Below the pieces are notes generated by a model, which worked only from the letters and a program-made list of their open reading frames with translations, searched no databases and was not told the origin of the DNA. Positions 27,101 to 43,140 of a DNA stretch of 64,000 bases are shown here, in pieces (the first letter of the stretch is position 1; each line of letters starts with the position of its first letter). The DNA is from the human T2T-CHM13v2.0 reference genome, Homo sapiens. A program made the position numbers and the translations under genes. The stretch is from assembly GCF_009914755.1 (NCBI RefSeq), contig NC_060925.1; one strand, 5' to 3'.

Positions 27101-29829
27101 ACCGATGGAGAAACAGATTTGGGGAAAGTGATTTTGTTCCAAGGGCACACAACTCTAAGGTGGCAAGTTGGGATTTGAACTCCAAGCTACACTGTGCAGT
27201 CCATCGTTTTTATAGGTAGGGTTTTTTTTTTTTAAGGGATTTTATTTCTTCTAAATATAGAAAACAGGACGCAGTACCTTCTCCATAAAAGCTTTTCCAA
27301 GCATTAGTGAACAAGTGGAACAGTCATTTGTGGGTAAGGAAATCTTCCTGGTGCAGCGAGCCTTTATTAGTCAGGAGTTGCTCCTGGACCCATTTGCTTT
27401 TAGTTTCCCTCTCACTGTGGAATAAACTTCTACCCCCATCACAGACCAATTAGTTCAGGTCAATCAAGCTGGCTTTTATAGAGCCATGTGGTTCATCAAC
27501 GGCAACGTGACTGTTTAACAGAAGCCAAGCTCATTATAGTAATACCCTTTGATTTTGGAGATGATTCTAAAGGCCCTGGGATCCTCAAGCATCTCCTCAG
27601 ATACCGGCGGAGAACCTTGAGCTGCTGGGCATTAACCCAAAAAGAAAGTTGGTCTAGGCTGCCTCCCGACTTCAGCAAATAGTGTGTTTGTTACATGCAA
27701 AACAAACAGGTATTTACGTTCTGCCGATACCTTATTTTTAAAGTATAGGATTAGAACCTGGAGGGGGTGTGTAGGTTTCATTTAGTTTTCTAGATTAAGA
27801 ATTGAGGAAACCATCATCACTCTACATTAAATTACTTGCAGTTGCAAAAATTGCATTTAATTGTGAGTCATTAAAAGGTACCCAGAAATACTTTTATTAA
27901 AATAAACTTGTCGACCTGTTGCGGGTAATAGGATTTGCACATGCCTGCATTTCTGCCTTCCTTATGTCAGCTGGATTTCTTTTCAACTCTTTTTTAAAAT
28001 AGAAATTCAGGTGGACATTCTGGAGACCATAAACATTTTACGGAAGACTGGTGCCTAAATGTGCCTTCCCATGTCCAGCTAATAAACCATGGCAGGAAGT
28101 CAACAGAACAAGCCATGTTTCTGAACACCCTTTCATAGGTGCCACCTGAGTTACTCAGTGAGGGGAGAAAGAACTGGAGTGTCATTTCAGCAACCACAGA
28201 AAGCTACAGGTGAATTTTAAAGCCCAGGTTTGTGTTCTGATTCAGAACATATTTAAGCTAAGAATATTTCCTTATTCATGTTTAAACAGGAGCCTATGAT
28301 ACAATCTGGAATCCTACATCTACTGAGTCTTAGCATTAAATCTAAATGTACATTTAAAATAGGACTCACTTTAAAAAACCTGGAATTTGTGGCACAGGTA
28401 AGTTAACAAAAGGGCATTTAGGCCTTAGGAGACAGTTATGGGTATTTTAATTTTTTAACTTAAAAACAATTTCAGTGTACAGCAGTTGAATTTGTCGTAG
28501 CATTTAATCATTGGCCCAAAATATACTTTAATTTTTTTTATTGGAATGAAGTTATTTAAAACTCATGGATTCAATTTTCCTTGCGGTAACATTCTCTTCT
28601 CACTTGCTTTTTATAATCGCATCCAATCCTTGCCAACCCAGCTAGAGTTTAGAACATTTTCAGATGGCTTCTATTTCCAGGCTATTATTGGACTTGTGAA
28701 TTCAGGCACATTCTCCTGTTGTGATTCAGTCAGCCAGCCATTCAGAAAACATCTTTCAACAGCCAATCTGAATCATCAAAGTGTCAGGCTGTAGATCTGA
28801 AGGACTTTGTCCTGGGACTCTTAGAGGACCCTCGGGGTGTAGCTAACCACCATGGAGGGAGTTGAGGATGCGCCTGGAGTGTCACTGGCCTTTCCAGCGC
28901 GTGGGGCACCTTTCTGAGTGCTTTACATTTTGAGCTCTCCCACATCTGACGGAGATGGTATTCTCATTTACAGATAGATTAACCGAGTCGGAGAGAGGCA
29001 ACATCACTTGAATTATGTCCCATGGCTACAAGTGGAGACCCCAAACCCAGCCATCTGGTTCCAGAGCCAAGCTCAACTACAATTTGAAACCACCTAATCA
29101 CTGTGCCCTTGGGTTTTAGAGAGACTTGCATGTACATAACTGTTGTGTCCCCCAAATGAGATGCTGATGGCCAGAGAGCAGTTTTACTGCAGAGAGTGTG
29201 TGTAGGATCATGGGAAGAACATGGGCATTGAATGCCTTCCCATCTAGGTGTTCCTTACCTGGGTGCTGTTAGTTACTGAGTGGCAGGGCATGCTGCCCAC
29301 AGAGTGACCAGCTTCCTGGCCTGTAGGGGAGCTCTGTGCCCCCCACCTGCCACATGCCGTGCGCGTTACAGAAGGCAGCATGTGTTCCCAGTGAGGATCC
29401 AATGGCTGATGGCTGTGGTGGCGCTGGTGATGACAGTGGACGCTTAATCCGCGTCAGGTGCTCAAGTCCTCACAAAAACAGACCTAGGGAGGCACCGCTA
29501 AGGAAATTGCCAGGTCTTAGTAGCCGGCCCCGGGTGGAAAGGGGCAGCATGTGGGGAACTTGGATGATGGTGATCACTAAAGAACTTGGGGACGAGGCTG
29601 TTGCAGAAACGACTCACTTTTCAAAAGCCCTGAAAGAGAAAAAAGCCCTTTGTGGGAACTGAGAAACATAAGTTTCTATTAATTTCATGAGTGGGTGGTT
29701 CTATCCTTTGGTGAGGCTAGAGCTTTGTCAGAATTTTTAAAACACTCCTAAAGGCTTCTAGAATGATGTATTCTTTTCTATCTAGGTAAGTGCGGAGCAA
29801 TTGAGTCCCGGCTCATGGAGAGCATAGAG

Positions 29830-30028
29830 CAGGGATGTCCAATCTTTTGGCTTCCCTGGCCCACGTTGGAAGAACTGTCTTAGGTCACACATAAAATATA
29901 GTAACATGAAAGCTGATGAGCTAAAACAAAAGAAAGATATCGCAAAAAAAAAAGTTAGTGTTTTAAGAAAGTCTATGAATTTGTGTTGGGCTGCATGCAG
30001 CTTGTGGGCTGCAGGTCGGACAAGCTTG
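29830..30028. mobile_element. MER30 (hAT-Charlie DNA transposon)
   Basis: cagggatgtccaatcttttggcttccctggcccac...agctgatgagctaaaa...ggacaagcttg. Confidence 0.85.
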
Positions 30029-30329
30029 GTACCTGGGGAGCTCCAGACATTGATTCTCCTGGGATCCCTGGAGCCTTTCTCAGTCTGAGACCAGGGCCCC
30101 TCATGGGAGCAATGCAAGTTGAGACAGAGCTTCAGTTCAGCCTGGTCTGCCATGATTACATAGAAATGGAAATTCCAAGTTCAGAATTTCCTGAAGGCCA
30201 CTTGCATTCCACAGAAGAGATGGTGAGGTGCAGGCCAGCACTAGCCGGGGTTGAGGTTCTACTGTTTTCATGACAGGCAGCGGAATGTAGGTACGGGCAT
30301 TGGCTCTGGACCTGGAAGGCTGATCAGCT

Positions 30330-30605
30330 GGCACCTCCTCCAAGAAGCCTTTCCTGACCATCGATCTGTCACACTGCCTGGTCCCTCATCCCTCTACTTG
30401 CTGTGCTTTACTGTTCAAGACCCTTAAGCCTTCTGTACATTCTGTTATGGACTCATTATGTTTGTTTACTCTATGTCTCCCCCTTCTTAGATGAGAGTTC
30501 TACCCAGGCAGGAACTTTGATTTCTTCACTGCTGCGTTCCCAGCATCTATTAATAGAATGGAGCCTGGCATGTAGTAGCTGCTCAATAAATATTTGTTGA
30601 ATAAA
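30330..30605 (+). mobile_element. L2 3'-end fragment
   Basis: cacctcctccaagaagcctttcctga...gagcctggcatgtagtagctgctcaataaatatttgttgaat. Confidence 0.7.
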
Positions 30606-31359
30606 ATATTTGAATTCTGGCTTTATCATGTGTAGTTCTGTAAGCGTAATCTATGCAAGTTACTCAACCTCTCCGAGCCCGTTTTCCTTTCTGTGGAAGG
30701 GCAGTAATCAATCTGACCACAAAGAATTGCCACGAAGACAACTTTAGAGCAGCCTGGAAGGACCACAGATGCTGTTCACCCCAGTGAGTGCTGTCAACGT
30801 CAGCTGCTGTCAGCATCACTATTATGACTGACTGATGTCCTCTCTAATCTCAGTTTGAATCTGATGAAAAGTTGAGCCTGGCATGCCATGTATAAGATTT
30901 CATGACAGCGTGAGTTGTAGTAGCCAGAACATTCCCTCATTATCTCCTGCCTCTGCCCAGAGAGAAAGCTCTCAAGTGGCCTGTAACTCCTGGTTTGGCT
31001 ACCAGTGGCACCAAGGACCTTTGCTGTGTCTTTGCCAGGCCAGAGCTGTTCCTCTGTGGACCAGAGCTGCTTCCTTCTTATAGCAGATGCTCCCACCCAT
31101 CAGAACTAAAGAGAAGTGAGCTGTAAGACAAGAAATCATTTTCCAATTCAAAGTGAGAAAAAAGATGATTCATTCTTATTCTATCACCCCCTCCCTGTAA
31201 CTTTCTATTTCTTTTGGTTTTGAATTTCAATGTCAATTTTTAAAAGGTAAGTTAAGAAGAAAGCATTTCATTAGCTCTGTCAAACCATGAAAACCAAATA
31301 ACCTCGCTTTGCTGAAACAATAATAATGTAAGGATGATCACCGATAATGCTTGCTGGCC

Positions 31360-31565
31360 ACGATGTAAATAAAGGGCTTTCCATGTATTACCTCATTTAA
31401 TCTTCAAAAGAGCCCTATGAATAATTTCATGTTCTCCCATTTTACAAATGGGGAAACCGAGGCACAGGGAAGTCAAGCAATTTGCCTGAAGTCACAGATG
31501 GTAGGAGGTGGAGCCAGGAGTCAAGTCCAGGCAGTCTGTCTCATCTCTTAATCATGAGTTTGTGC
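31360..31565 (-). mobile_element. MIR
   Basis: ctcatttaatcttc...cccattttacaaatggggaaaccgaggcacagggaagtcaagcaatttgcc core. Confidence 0.75.
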
Positions 31566-32561
31566 TACCTCTCGTCTGTGGATCTAGGCGTGAGGAGGTA
31601 GAAGGGAGCCCCTGGTCACGCCCCTGTGCCGCCTTCTAGTGGCATGGCCTTTAAGCAGCAAAGAATGTGACTTGTAAGCACCTTGTCTGCTGGACAAGAA
31701 GCACCAGCAGATTTGAAGGAGCTGAAAACTGTGTTGCGGGTGAATGGATGTCTTTGTTCTTCCTGGGATGAACCCATTTTGTATCTTCTTGGGAAACCAG
31801 CATGTCTGAGGTTTCGGCCAGGCCTCGTTTTTACCAAGGTTGGAGCCTCATCCCTCCAGCTTTGTTAGAGAAGGAGCAGATCTAGATACTGAACAGCCCA
31901 GAGGATGGATGAACCTACTCTCTAGGGTCAACTTCTCCCCCTTCTATTTTCACAGAAGTCTTTCCAAGCCAGGGTTGACCAGCAGGTTTCCATTTGTGTA
32001 GGGGGAGCAGTTGCCCAGGGTGCTGCATAGAACTGGATTCTGAAGCTGGGTTCACACTCAGGGAAAGAGGGCTGGCTAAGTGACCCATGTCTGCCTTGTA
32101 TGCAGGAAGGCGAGTGGTTCTGGAGTGCCAGGTATTTGCTGCCTGTGATGTCATTGTGTCTGCTACTTTTCTGCTTTTTAAAACTACACTGGACTCAATT
32201 TCACCCTTCTTTGAGGGTTCAAGGTAACCATCAATTAATACTTTGTTGTAGAAAAGATGATTCTGGCATATAGGAGATCCTGACCCCACACTAGAGGATC
32301 CAGAAGCTTGAGATGTGACTTTTGAGAAGAGCGTACTCCTCAAGATCTCCTTTTCCATCTGTCACTCATGGATATTGTCTGTACTTCCTGGCATCCTTCA
32401 GATATGCTTCTGTTAATTGTGGGCTGGGAAGCTAGATTGTGGTCCTGTTAATATCATATGTAAACAAAGAGATGGTTGGCCCTGAGAGATCTCCCAAGGA
32501 CCTCCCTTGTAAGCAAAGTGCATTAATTCCAGAACATGGATTTGTGGACATGGTTTGCTCA

Positions 32562-32993
<432 letters not shown>

Positions 32994-35260
32994 TTAAGCT
33001 CCCAAAACACGAGTTAAAGAAATGATTTGTGGAGGGAACGAAACAAAAGTTTGGGTAAAAGTGCAATCAATTCCTTTCTCAGCAAATATTTGTTGCCAGG
33101 TGAAGTTCCTTAGTTCTGAAACAAGAGTTTCCTTCTCTTTACCATCCTATGTCCTTTAATTTATGTTTAGAATAAATAATCTATTTGGTGCCAAGTGGTT
33201 TAATCTTGATAGTTTTAGAGAGCTGGTCCTTACAAACCCATGGAAGTACTGGTAGTTCACTACCTTTAGCAGAGATTGATGACCTGCCCATGAAATGGAT
33301 TTCTCTTATGGATTCAGGATGTTACTCTGGAATTGTTTTGGAATTTCTCTAATGGCCAATGTTTATGTTTACAGGTGTGAGTTTTATACTCTTACTGTCT
33401 TCATTCTTATGTTAGGCTCCTGTGATTTAATTTTACGAGTGAGTTTAGTGAAAACAAATCTGTGTTAACTTTACCTTCACGTAGGAGCCAACTGTTTGAT
33501 AGGCCTCAATGAACTGGTGTCAGATATTGTAGTTGAAATATATGCCGTGCCAGATTATTTCAACATTGTAATTAATGATAGGTTTATATCCTTTGAAAGC
33601 ATTTTTAAAAATTACAGACACAGCTCGTGAGTGCCAGCTAACAGCAGGTGTTTTATTAAAGTGTTGTTCCGAGTTGTGTGTGGCACATGGCGAGGTAAGA
33701 GCATTTTGCAGTTTGGTTTGCGTTGTTAATTACAGCTTTAAATGCCATTTCCTGTCTGTGTTCCTGGGTGTGTGATGGGGCCCTAGTTTGGATCATCTCC
33801 CCAGGATGTTTGCTCAGTGGACCACCTACATTAAAAAATCACCTGGGTGATTAAAAGTTTCAGACCTACTAAACCATAATCTCTGGGGTGGGACTTTGAA
33901 ATCTTCATTTTTATCAGCTTGTCACATGAGTCTTACCCAGACTTCAGAGGGCTTTTAAAGTATTATTACTTTTTTTAATGACATGGTATCACTCATCTCA
34001 TCACTTAATTTCTTCTGATTTTGATTTTAAATTCTTTTCCTTTGCTTGTTTACCATCTCTTTGATATACTTACAGCAACATTTCAACTCTCAGAACACTT
34101 TCAATTATGTTTTTCCTTAATTCTTATAACAACCCGGTGATAGATGAGTCAGGGGCAGCTCAGGAGCTGGGGACATTTCTGAGTGTCGTAGGTAAGAGGG
34201 AATTGGGGGTTCGCCAACACAGCGCCCTGCATGTGTGTGTTCACCTGCACCCACCGTAGGCCTGAGCATGTGGTAGGAACTCAGTATTTGTGGAAGAAAA
34301 AGAAAAAGAAATCCTCAAGGATAATAGAGCCAAAGCTACCGCTCCGCCTCAGTGACCTACTTATGTGACCCTAACTCATGACCCTCTTGGTTTAAAATGT
34401 GAATGTTGGGGCAATTAACTGCTGGTGATTGAACAAAGAATGTCCGTTCATAGGTAAATGATCCATTAAAATCAAGCCGAAAGAAAAGGCTGGTGATAGC
34501 TAATTAAAATTAGTGTTACTGCCTCTGGGGATAGTCCTTAAGGTTAAGAATGCATAATGAAAGCCAATCAGTAACCCATAGAGACCAGTATAAAACTGTG
34601 CTAGCAACCCACTACAGCACAGTGTATTAATTCAAAGGTACTGGTGGAATTATAGTCTCCCCTCCCAGTCTACACTGGTACACACACCAAAGATTCGAGT
34701 CCTTACAGGCTGTCTTTGACTATAACTGAACATCATGGGGGTAGAACTATTCAACTATTCCTTCAGATTTCTAGGTTCTTTTTCCCCTATTTTTGGACCT
34801 GAAAATAGGGTCACCCTTTCTGTGGTACCAAGCTTGAATTCCATCTCCTGACACCTGACATCTCTTAAGGGGTGGGAATGGGGGGATCGATCCTTCCCTA
34901 GTAGAGCCTCCCAAAATACATAGCAATGGATGACTTTCCTTGCACATTTTCTGACTTTTGCTCAAAATAATGAATCATCTTCTTAGGGTTTAAACACTGA
35001 TGGGTTTCATGGTGCCATGTGCATTTGAATGGGCTGTGTTAACAAAGCTGTTCCAAAAACCGGATCTGCAACACAGTATCGCTTGCCTTGGAGATTTCTC
35101 CTTCACCGTCGTGAGTCAGAGCTGCTGGGTAATGTGACTTAGTCAGCTGGATCAAAGGGTAACAAACACAAGCACTCCAGGCAAACACAGAGGTCTCCGC
35201 CACTTACTTCGTCACTAAGTCCGGCATGTTCACCATTGCCTAAGGAAGAACAGAGAATTA

Positions 35261-36170
<910 letters not shown>

Positions 36171-36172
36171 GC

Positions 36173-36350
36173 CATTCATTCATTCATTCATTCATTCATA
36201 AATGCGGGGCCTACGCCTGCTGTTACATGCCTGGCACTGTTTTAGGTGCCAGGGGATATAGCAGTGAACAAAACTGTCACAATGTCCTACTCCACGGAAT
36301 TTATGTTCTAGTTGGTGGAGACAGGAAAGTAAGTAAATAGATGGCATGTC
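36173..36350 (-). mobile_element. L2 3' end with (ATTC)n tail
   Basis: cattcattcattcattcattcattca...tgcctggcactgttttaggtgccaggggatatagcagtgaacaaaa. Confidence 0.8.
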
Positions 36351-37639
36351 AGATGATAAATGCTAGGGAGAGAAATAAAACACAGATGCGGGAATAGAGA
36401 CTTCTGGAGTGGAAATGGGGAGTGCCTTGATTACATGAAAGAAGATGGGGCCTGGCACCCATGGGAGGAGTGGGGCTCAGGAGGGGGCATCCCGCCTTAC
36501 AAAGAAGAAGACAGCTGGGAAGGGAGGCAGGGCGCAAACTGTGGAAGTCTTGTTCCACCATCATTGTGTGCCATAGGGAGCGAAATCATTGGAGGTGGGT
36601 GAGGATGGGGAGATGTGGAGGAAGAGGGGAGACGGTGAGCAGCAGCCATGTGGGTAATCAAGGGAACGGCACCAGGGAACAGAGAAGGGCTGCCAGGAGG
36701 CATATGCGCTGGGAGCCCACCGGAGTTTTGGGGTCATGAATTTAAAATGCGGTCAGGCAGCATGTTTGTGTGTTTTTCTCCATCAAAAAGGTTGATGAAC
36801 ACACACACATCCCTCTATTTCTAATTAAGAAATGCTTAAATGTACCCATACTGACTCCCTGCTTTGAGTGACCAGCTGCTGGGCCGGCTCTCACTGAAGG
36901 AGGGTTGGGGGGGGTCTCCTCTCATAAGAGCCTCTCTGGATTGAACTCCATTGAGCTCCTGCTCTGTTCCAGGCACCATGCAGGCAGAGTTGGGAATGCT
37001 TCCCCAGCTATACGAAGTTGGCGTTAGGCCCGTTTCATAAAGGAAACTGTACTGAGGGGGCAGGTGACCCGCTCAGGCTGCTGGTGGTGGAGTTAGGACT
37101 GTCAGACTCTAAACCTCATGCTCTCTGCCTCTCCAGGAGCACCAGGTCAAACCAGATGGGTCAAAAGCCTCCACGTACCTAGTGTTCCAGTAGTGCCCCC
37201 TGGGGCTGGAGAGGAGGCCGTGGTGGGGAGGGCACTGCAGGCAGGGGCATCGACGTAAGCGAGGACTGAAGTGACATCCTATGGAGGGGGCAAGGGGAGG
37301 GTTCAGGCCAGGGCCCTTCTGTGCAGGAGGCCACTCTCCTGGAACTAAGTAGGGATAGGCTTTGACAAAGCCATCCCTTGCAGAATTCCCCTTGTGCGTT
37401 CACAGCGTATGTTTGCTTGGCTCAGCACTGTAACCCACAGTAACTGGCAGAGTGAGCGGTCAGTGGCTATCAGATAACTAAGGGAAATATGTTTGGGGTA
37501 GATGACAACCTGTCTCCTCTTCTTAGGAATTTACACTGCCTGTCAGCACATGAAAGGCTCAGAAATTGTGCAGAGACACGCCCGTTTGGTTTCACAAGCC
37601 TGTGCACTGGAGGTAAATGGCTCGGGCTTCCATCCCAGT

Positions 37640-37830
37640 TCTGCCGCCTGCCAGCTGTGTGTTCTTGGGCAAGTTGCCTAACTTCTCTGTGCCTTAGTTC
37701 CTCATCTGTAAAATGCACTAGTGCCCGTCTCCTAAAGTTCTTGGGAAGATTAAATTCATTATTCCATAACAAACACTTAGCACAGTGCTTGGAACACAGT
37801 AAGCAGGAAATGTTAGCTGCAATTATGCAA
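37640..37830 (+). mobile_element. MIR
   Basis: agctgtgtgttcttgggcaagttgcctaacttctctgtgccttagttcctcatctgtaaaatg. Confidence 0.8.
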
Positions 37831-40614
37831 ATGATTATGAGGACAAATACAGCGTCTGCGGGAACCAGTTCCACTGAACCTGGTTTCGGGAAATGCTGGT
37901 AACATGGAAGAAACACTGGGAGAGTTTTCATTCCACATGCGCCACCTGGCCGTCATTCTGTGGTCTCCCCAAATAGTGCCTGGCTGGGCTGGGTGTCTGT
38001 TTGAGCAGTTCTCAAACTAAATGGAGTGCAGGATCCTGGGAAGGTCTGAGCAGCCCAGGGTGGGGCCAGACAGCCAGGATCAGAGTCATCTGACACCTGC
38101 AGGCCTCCGTAGGCTCCTCGTGTGTAAGGTAGATTGAGCTGTCCCGTCCTGGCCACCTTACAGCCTGTTTGAGGACTTTGGGGATCACGAGCAGAAAGGT
38201 AGAAGGCACAAGAGCAGACTTTACTATTCAACCCCGGACCCTGGGCACATTCTGAGGATGAGACCTCCAGCTCCACAGGCCATGGTGCCCTTGGCCTTTG
38301 GGCAGCGTCATCCCCGTGTTGAACAACACCCGTTCAGGCACCAAGTGAGCGTGCCTTTCCCATGACAGTGCCAGCCCTGCATCTGGGACGCCCTGTCAGC
38401 CAGGCACACCCAGGCCTCCCAAGACAAGCTGGTTTTGACCTCTTGGGTAGCAAAGAACCCCAAGCTCCCACAGGCTTCTTGAGCATCGAGGCAGGAGCAG
38501 AGGGCGCCACAGGGAGCAGCTGCCTCTCATTGTTAGCATCCCTGGACCGGTTCCGGGTCGTCCAGTGTGGGCATCAGGCATCATGTTCTAGAAATTCTGG
38601 GTCCAGGGCAGATGCCACATGAGGCTTCTGAGACTCTCAGTCCCAGCAACTCCAAACCACACACGGGGTGAGCTCTTCTTTTCTTGGTCCTTGGGGTTTA
38701 TGTAATCCCTTTGACTTCTTTGACCTAGATCATCTTTAAAAGATGGAACAGTGGCAATAATGAAGCTTTAGTGTCCTTACAGAATCTTACCATCTAAAAA
38801 GGGCTCTTCTGCTGGATCTCATAAGGGACCATCATCTCTTGCTTCCCAAGTTGGGAATCTGCTTTTTATATGTTCATCAGTCTTCACACACTTTGTGTTC
38901 GTGTTTTCTTTTTGGCTTCCCTCCTACTCTTAGAAGTTGCCTTTTGAAGAAAGCAATATGTTTCAGCTCCACAGGAGAGGAAAGAAGGGACAGGATTTGG
39001 GGCAGCCTAGAACCAGGTGGCTGCAGGGGAGCGTGTGATGGGAGGTGTGAAGGCAGAGGAGGGAGGAAGCTGTGAAGCTGGAGGAACCGCTCCTCCACCC
39101 TGCTGGGCTTCTCTCACCCGGGCTGGTCGTGTCACGGGCAGTGACGGTGTTTCCAGCCGAGGTGACATTCTCCAGACTTGAACCCCTGTGCTGAATGGAG
39201 TGGGGAAGGTGGGCTGGGGAGGCCTGAGGGCTGTAGGGTTAGGTTCACAGAACTGTCGTAAAAATGGGGACCTTGTCCCCTGGTTTGGGCGGGACCTTGG
39301 CAATGAGAGAAACCGTATAGGAAGCCACGCTGGGAGGATTTGGTTCTTGAGCAGCATGGACAGGCACATTTCAGGGTTGAACCGCACCAGGAGCCTGGCT
39401 TTGCCATCCATTTGTTCAGGAAACGTTCTCTGAGCACCAGCCTTTGCTAGGCCCCGTGGCAGGTTCGATGGGTGAGAAGTGAATAGACTCCAACCGTGCT
39501 CTCCTGGTGCTCCCAGTCCAGTGGGGGAGCCAGGTGGGTAGAGCCAGTTACAGAGATCTGAGTGCCCTCAGCGAGTCCTCGGGGGCTTCAACTACCCTTC
39601 TTCCCATCATCAATGTCCCCAAATAAGCAGTGAGCCTAGTCCTGTCTCCTCACTGCTCCCAAGAACAACCTGGAGTATGACTGTGAGCGAGTGCCTTGCT
39701 CGCTCTCCTCGGTTTCCTCGTCTGTAAGGGAAGGGCTGATCCCTGTGGCCTCTGGGGTCCCCTGCACTTCTCGGGTCTTGGCAGCAAAAGAGGCAGCCAC
39801 AGCCGGGGGCTTTCCCCGCGGGCAGGTTCTCCGGGCCGAGGTCACTGCAGGCCAGGCCGGGCCAGCCTCCCTATCAACTGGGTCATGTGTTACGAGCTTC
39901 TCACATGCTGGGTATTTAGAGTTCAACCCAAACAGGTTTGGGGAATTCATGGCCTCTGAGGACCTCAGAACCTGGCTTAGAAGCTCCACAAAGCAGGGGC
40001 GTGATTGATCTTTTGGGAGCGTGGAGGCCACATTGGGGGCTCAGCAGTGGGCCCATGGCCTCCCTCAGGGCTGATGAGATGGAAGAAAAATGTGTCTGCT
40101 GAGGCCGACTTCAGCCCTGAAATCAGATCTGGGTGTGAATCTTCCCTCCCTTTGTCCTTCTATTCACACCTCTTAAGTACACGAGTTACTTAACCTCTCT
40201 GTGTTGCTGTCCCCTCTGCCATAAAAAGGGTATAACAGCCCGTCTGCTGGGACTAAAGGGAGGATGACATGAAGACAGCGCATGGGCCAGCGTGTACTAA
40301 TTCCTCATGGTCAACTGTGTTGTCCCCACTGTCCCCACCGGCTGTACTCAAGGGCTCTGTCTCACCTGAAGGCACCGCAGCGACTCCTTGGGCCGGTGGT
40401 GTCAAACCTTTACCCCTGCCCCCCAAGGCCTACGTTCATTCTCTCCCCTTCGGCCCCCTCATTTGGAGACTGTCTACAGAACTTCATCAAGCAGCAGCTC
40501 CTCTCCAGGCTTCAGAACGGGCCCCTGCTGGCCACTGCAGCCTAGCATGCTGCCCACACTTGAGACGCCGCTAAAGGTGTCCCCCAGCCCCATGCTCTTG
40601 CGGCGTCTGCATGC

Positions 40615-40915
40615 AGATGCCTCTCCCAGGGATCTTCTTAAACTGCAAATTCTGACTTGGAGTGGGTGGGAGCTGAGAGTCTGCATTACCAACAAGCTCC
40701 GGGGGGGGAAATGATGCCGCTGGTCTGGGGACCACATTTTGAGTACAAGGATCTAGACCAGTGGCCTGCAAAGACACCTTTTAAAATTCCCAATGCCTGG
40801 GCTGTACCTGAAACCAACGAAATCAGAACTTGTTGGGATAGAAAGCAGGCATCAGGATCGGTTTAGTATCCCCAGGGGATTGCAGTGAACACCCGAGTTT
40901 GAGATTCTCTGTTCC
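40615..40915. mobile_element. MER5A/MER5B (hAT-Charlie) fragments in tandem
   Basis: ctgcattaccaacaagctcc...gctggtctggggaccacattttgag, followed by aatgcctgggctgtacc...aaatcagaac. Confidence 0.7.
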
Positions 40916-42169
40916 AGTGCCCTCTGAGCAAAGGTGGGTCCAGCCCAAAACAGACTGCCAGAGTCTTGAGTGGTCAATGCAGCTGCTCTATGGGCAAAGG
41001 CTCACCCCCACCTGGCTTTGGGATATTGGAAACAACTCTTCAATCCTCACTACTATGGGGACTGTGTCAGGGAGTGGGGCATGGGCTTTGGTGTCAAATG
41101 GTCCTGGATTCAAATCTTGGCTGCTTCTCTACTTGGCCGAGGGAACTTGAGTGTCCAGCTTCTTTATTTCTCTGAGCCTCAGAACCCTCCTCTGTAAAAC
41201 CAGGACCATCACAGGCCCAGCCTTACAGGACTGCTGGGAATTTGAGGAGCTCCCAAAAACTACCCAAAGTAGCTCCTGGTGTATAGAAAGTGCTCAGTGG
41301 ATGATGCGATGATGTTTTTTTCCCCCTTGCCTGACATCCTCATTTTACAGGCAAGACTTCTATGGCTCAGCGAGGTAGAGGCATTTTCCAGCGGCTACAC
41401 AGCAAGTCCGTAATGGAGCTAGGATTCCAGCTCTGGGCTCTGGAATCCCCACCCCATCCTCCTTTGGGTTCCTGCCCTGCTTCTTTCTTCTCTGTCTTCT
41501 CAGCCCTTCCCCCAGGCTGGGGGCTTCATTTGAATGGGCAGGGGCTTCCTGAAGCACGTGGGCCTTCCCACTTGGGGAAGGTGGGTCCTGCAGTGGATGT
41601 CGACTGTTCCTGGAGGTGGCTGAGGGCCGATGGCTCCCACAGCTCCCACCTGTGGGCCCTCACCCAGCCCCCAGGGAATATCAGCATCATCACAGGCTTG
41701 TCTTACCTTTGCACCATCTCCCCACCCTCTGCCTTTCCCCTACCTTCAGCAAAAGTGCAGAATATCAGACACTGACTTCAAATGAATTGCACTCTGAGAA
41801 TTTAGAGAGTTGTGTAAGACTTCTGCGGCCAGCGATGTGGCCTAACCAGCTTTCTGTATGGCTGTCCCAGGAGATCCCTCCTGAAGACTGTGAGAAAAAG
41901 GTGCAAGGAGGGACCAGGGCAGGCAGAGATCCCAGCCCAGGATGCCCATGGCGGTCTGGCAGGGAGCTTGGAAGAGCACCGTGGCCACGTGGGGACCCTG
42001 GAGCCCTGGAGAGCCCATGTCCTCTGAAAGCCGGCAGCTCCTTCCCTCCCAAACTCCTTTCCCTCCACCCTTCTTGAAGCGTCCTCTGGGTTCCTGCCTC
42101 CAGTGTCTCTTCTCCCCTTCTCTCTTGAACTCACTTTCAGGGTTTTGGCTCTTCTTGAGGAGCCATCAA

Positions 42170-43140
42170 ACCAAGGTTATCAGCAGCCCCCAGGATGCTC
42201 AATGCAGTGGTTGGTTTCCAGTCCCATCTCCCTTGGCCCATCTGCGGCAGTGGACGCTGTTAATCCTTCTCTTCCTTGAAATACTCTCCACCTGGACACC
42301 GCCCTCTCCCAGTCTCTGCACATTACCAGCTGCTCCCCCGCATCCCGCCTCCATCCCTGGGCTCTGTCCCCCGCATCCCGCCTCCATCCCTGGGCTCTGT
42401 CCCCTCGCTCCGTCTCCGCTCCCCCTTGGTGATCTCATCCAGTCACATGCGTTAAATACCACCTGGATGCTGACCAATCCCGGGTTTCCACCCTCATCAG
42501 AATCTCCATTCAGCCGCCCACCTGACATCTCCCTTGGGTGTCTAGATTCAAATTTAATCTTTCCAAAATGAAACTGTCTCTCCATGAAGCCTCCCTCTCC
42601 TGCTGTCCTCCCTATGTGGGATGAATGGAAACGGTCCTGCTTGGAGTCCAGCTACCAGCTAGACTCCAACCTCTTCCTCCATCCCCACATCCAGCTCATC
42701 AGCAGATCCCCAAACTCACCCGGAATCCACAGCTTCTCTCAGCTCAGCCTCCTCAGCTGACCTGAGGTCCAGGCCACCATCATCTCCCTGGATGGTGGCA
42801 GTCACCTCCTTGCTGGTGTCCCCAGTTCCTTCCCTGTCAACCCACGGTCTGTGCCCAGCACAGCAGCCACTTTGGGTCATGATATTCCTCTGCCCAGAAG
42901 GACAACTGACTGACACCTCACTTGAAGGCCTATGAGACCCTCCCCTCTGCCCACATCACCTCAGACATTCCTGGTGGGTCTCACCTCAGGGCCTTTGCAC
43001 TTCCTGTCCCCACTTCCTGGAACGCACAAGGCCTAGTATCCGGACCGATTGATCCCCCCACCCCAGGTCGTAGCCCACACACTGCCGTTTCCCATGTCAC
43101 CTTTCCCTGTCTTCTCCTCCACTCTGACCTTCACTCCTGT
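42170..43140 (+). mobile_element. L2 LINE remnant
   Basis: ggtgatctcatccagtcaca...gacatctcccttgggtgtct...gggcctttgcacttcctgtccc. Confidence 0.7.
42334..42404 (+). repeat. 33-bp perfect tandem duplication (about 2.2 copies)
   Basis: tcccccgcatcccgcctccatccctgggctctg at 42334 and 42367. Confidence 0.9.

Noticed and set aside
30582-30602. Near-palindrome tcaataaatatttgttga
   Set aside because: It is the standard L2 3'-end sequence.
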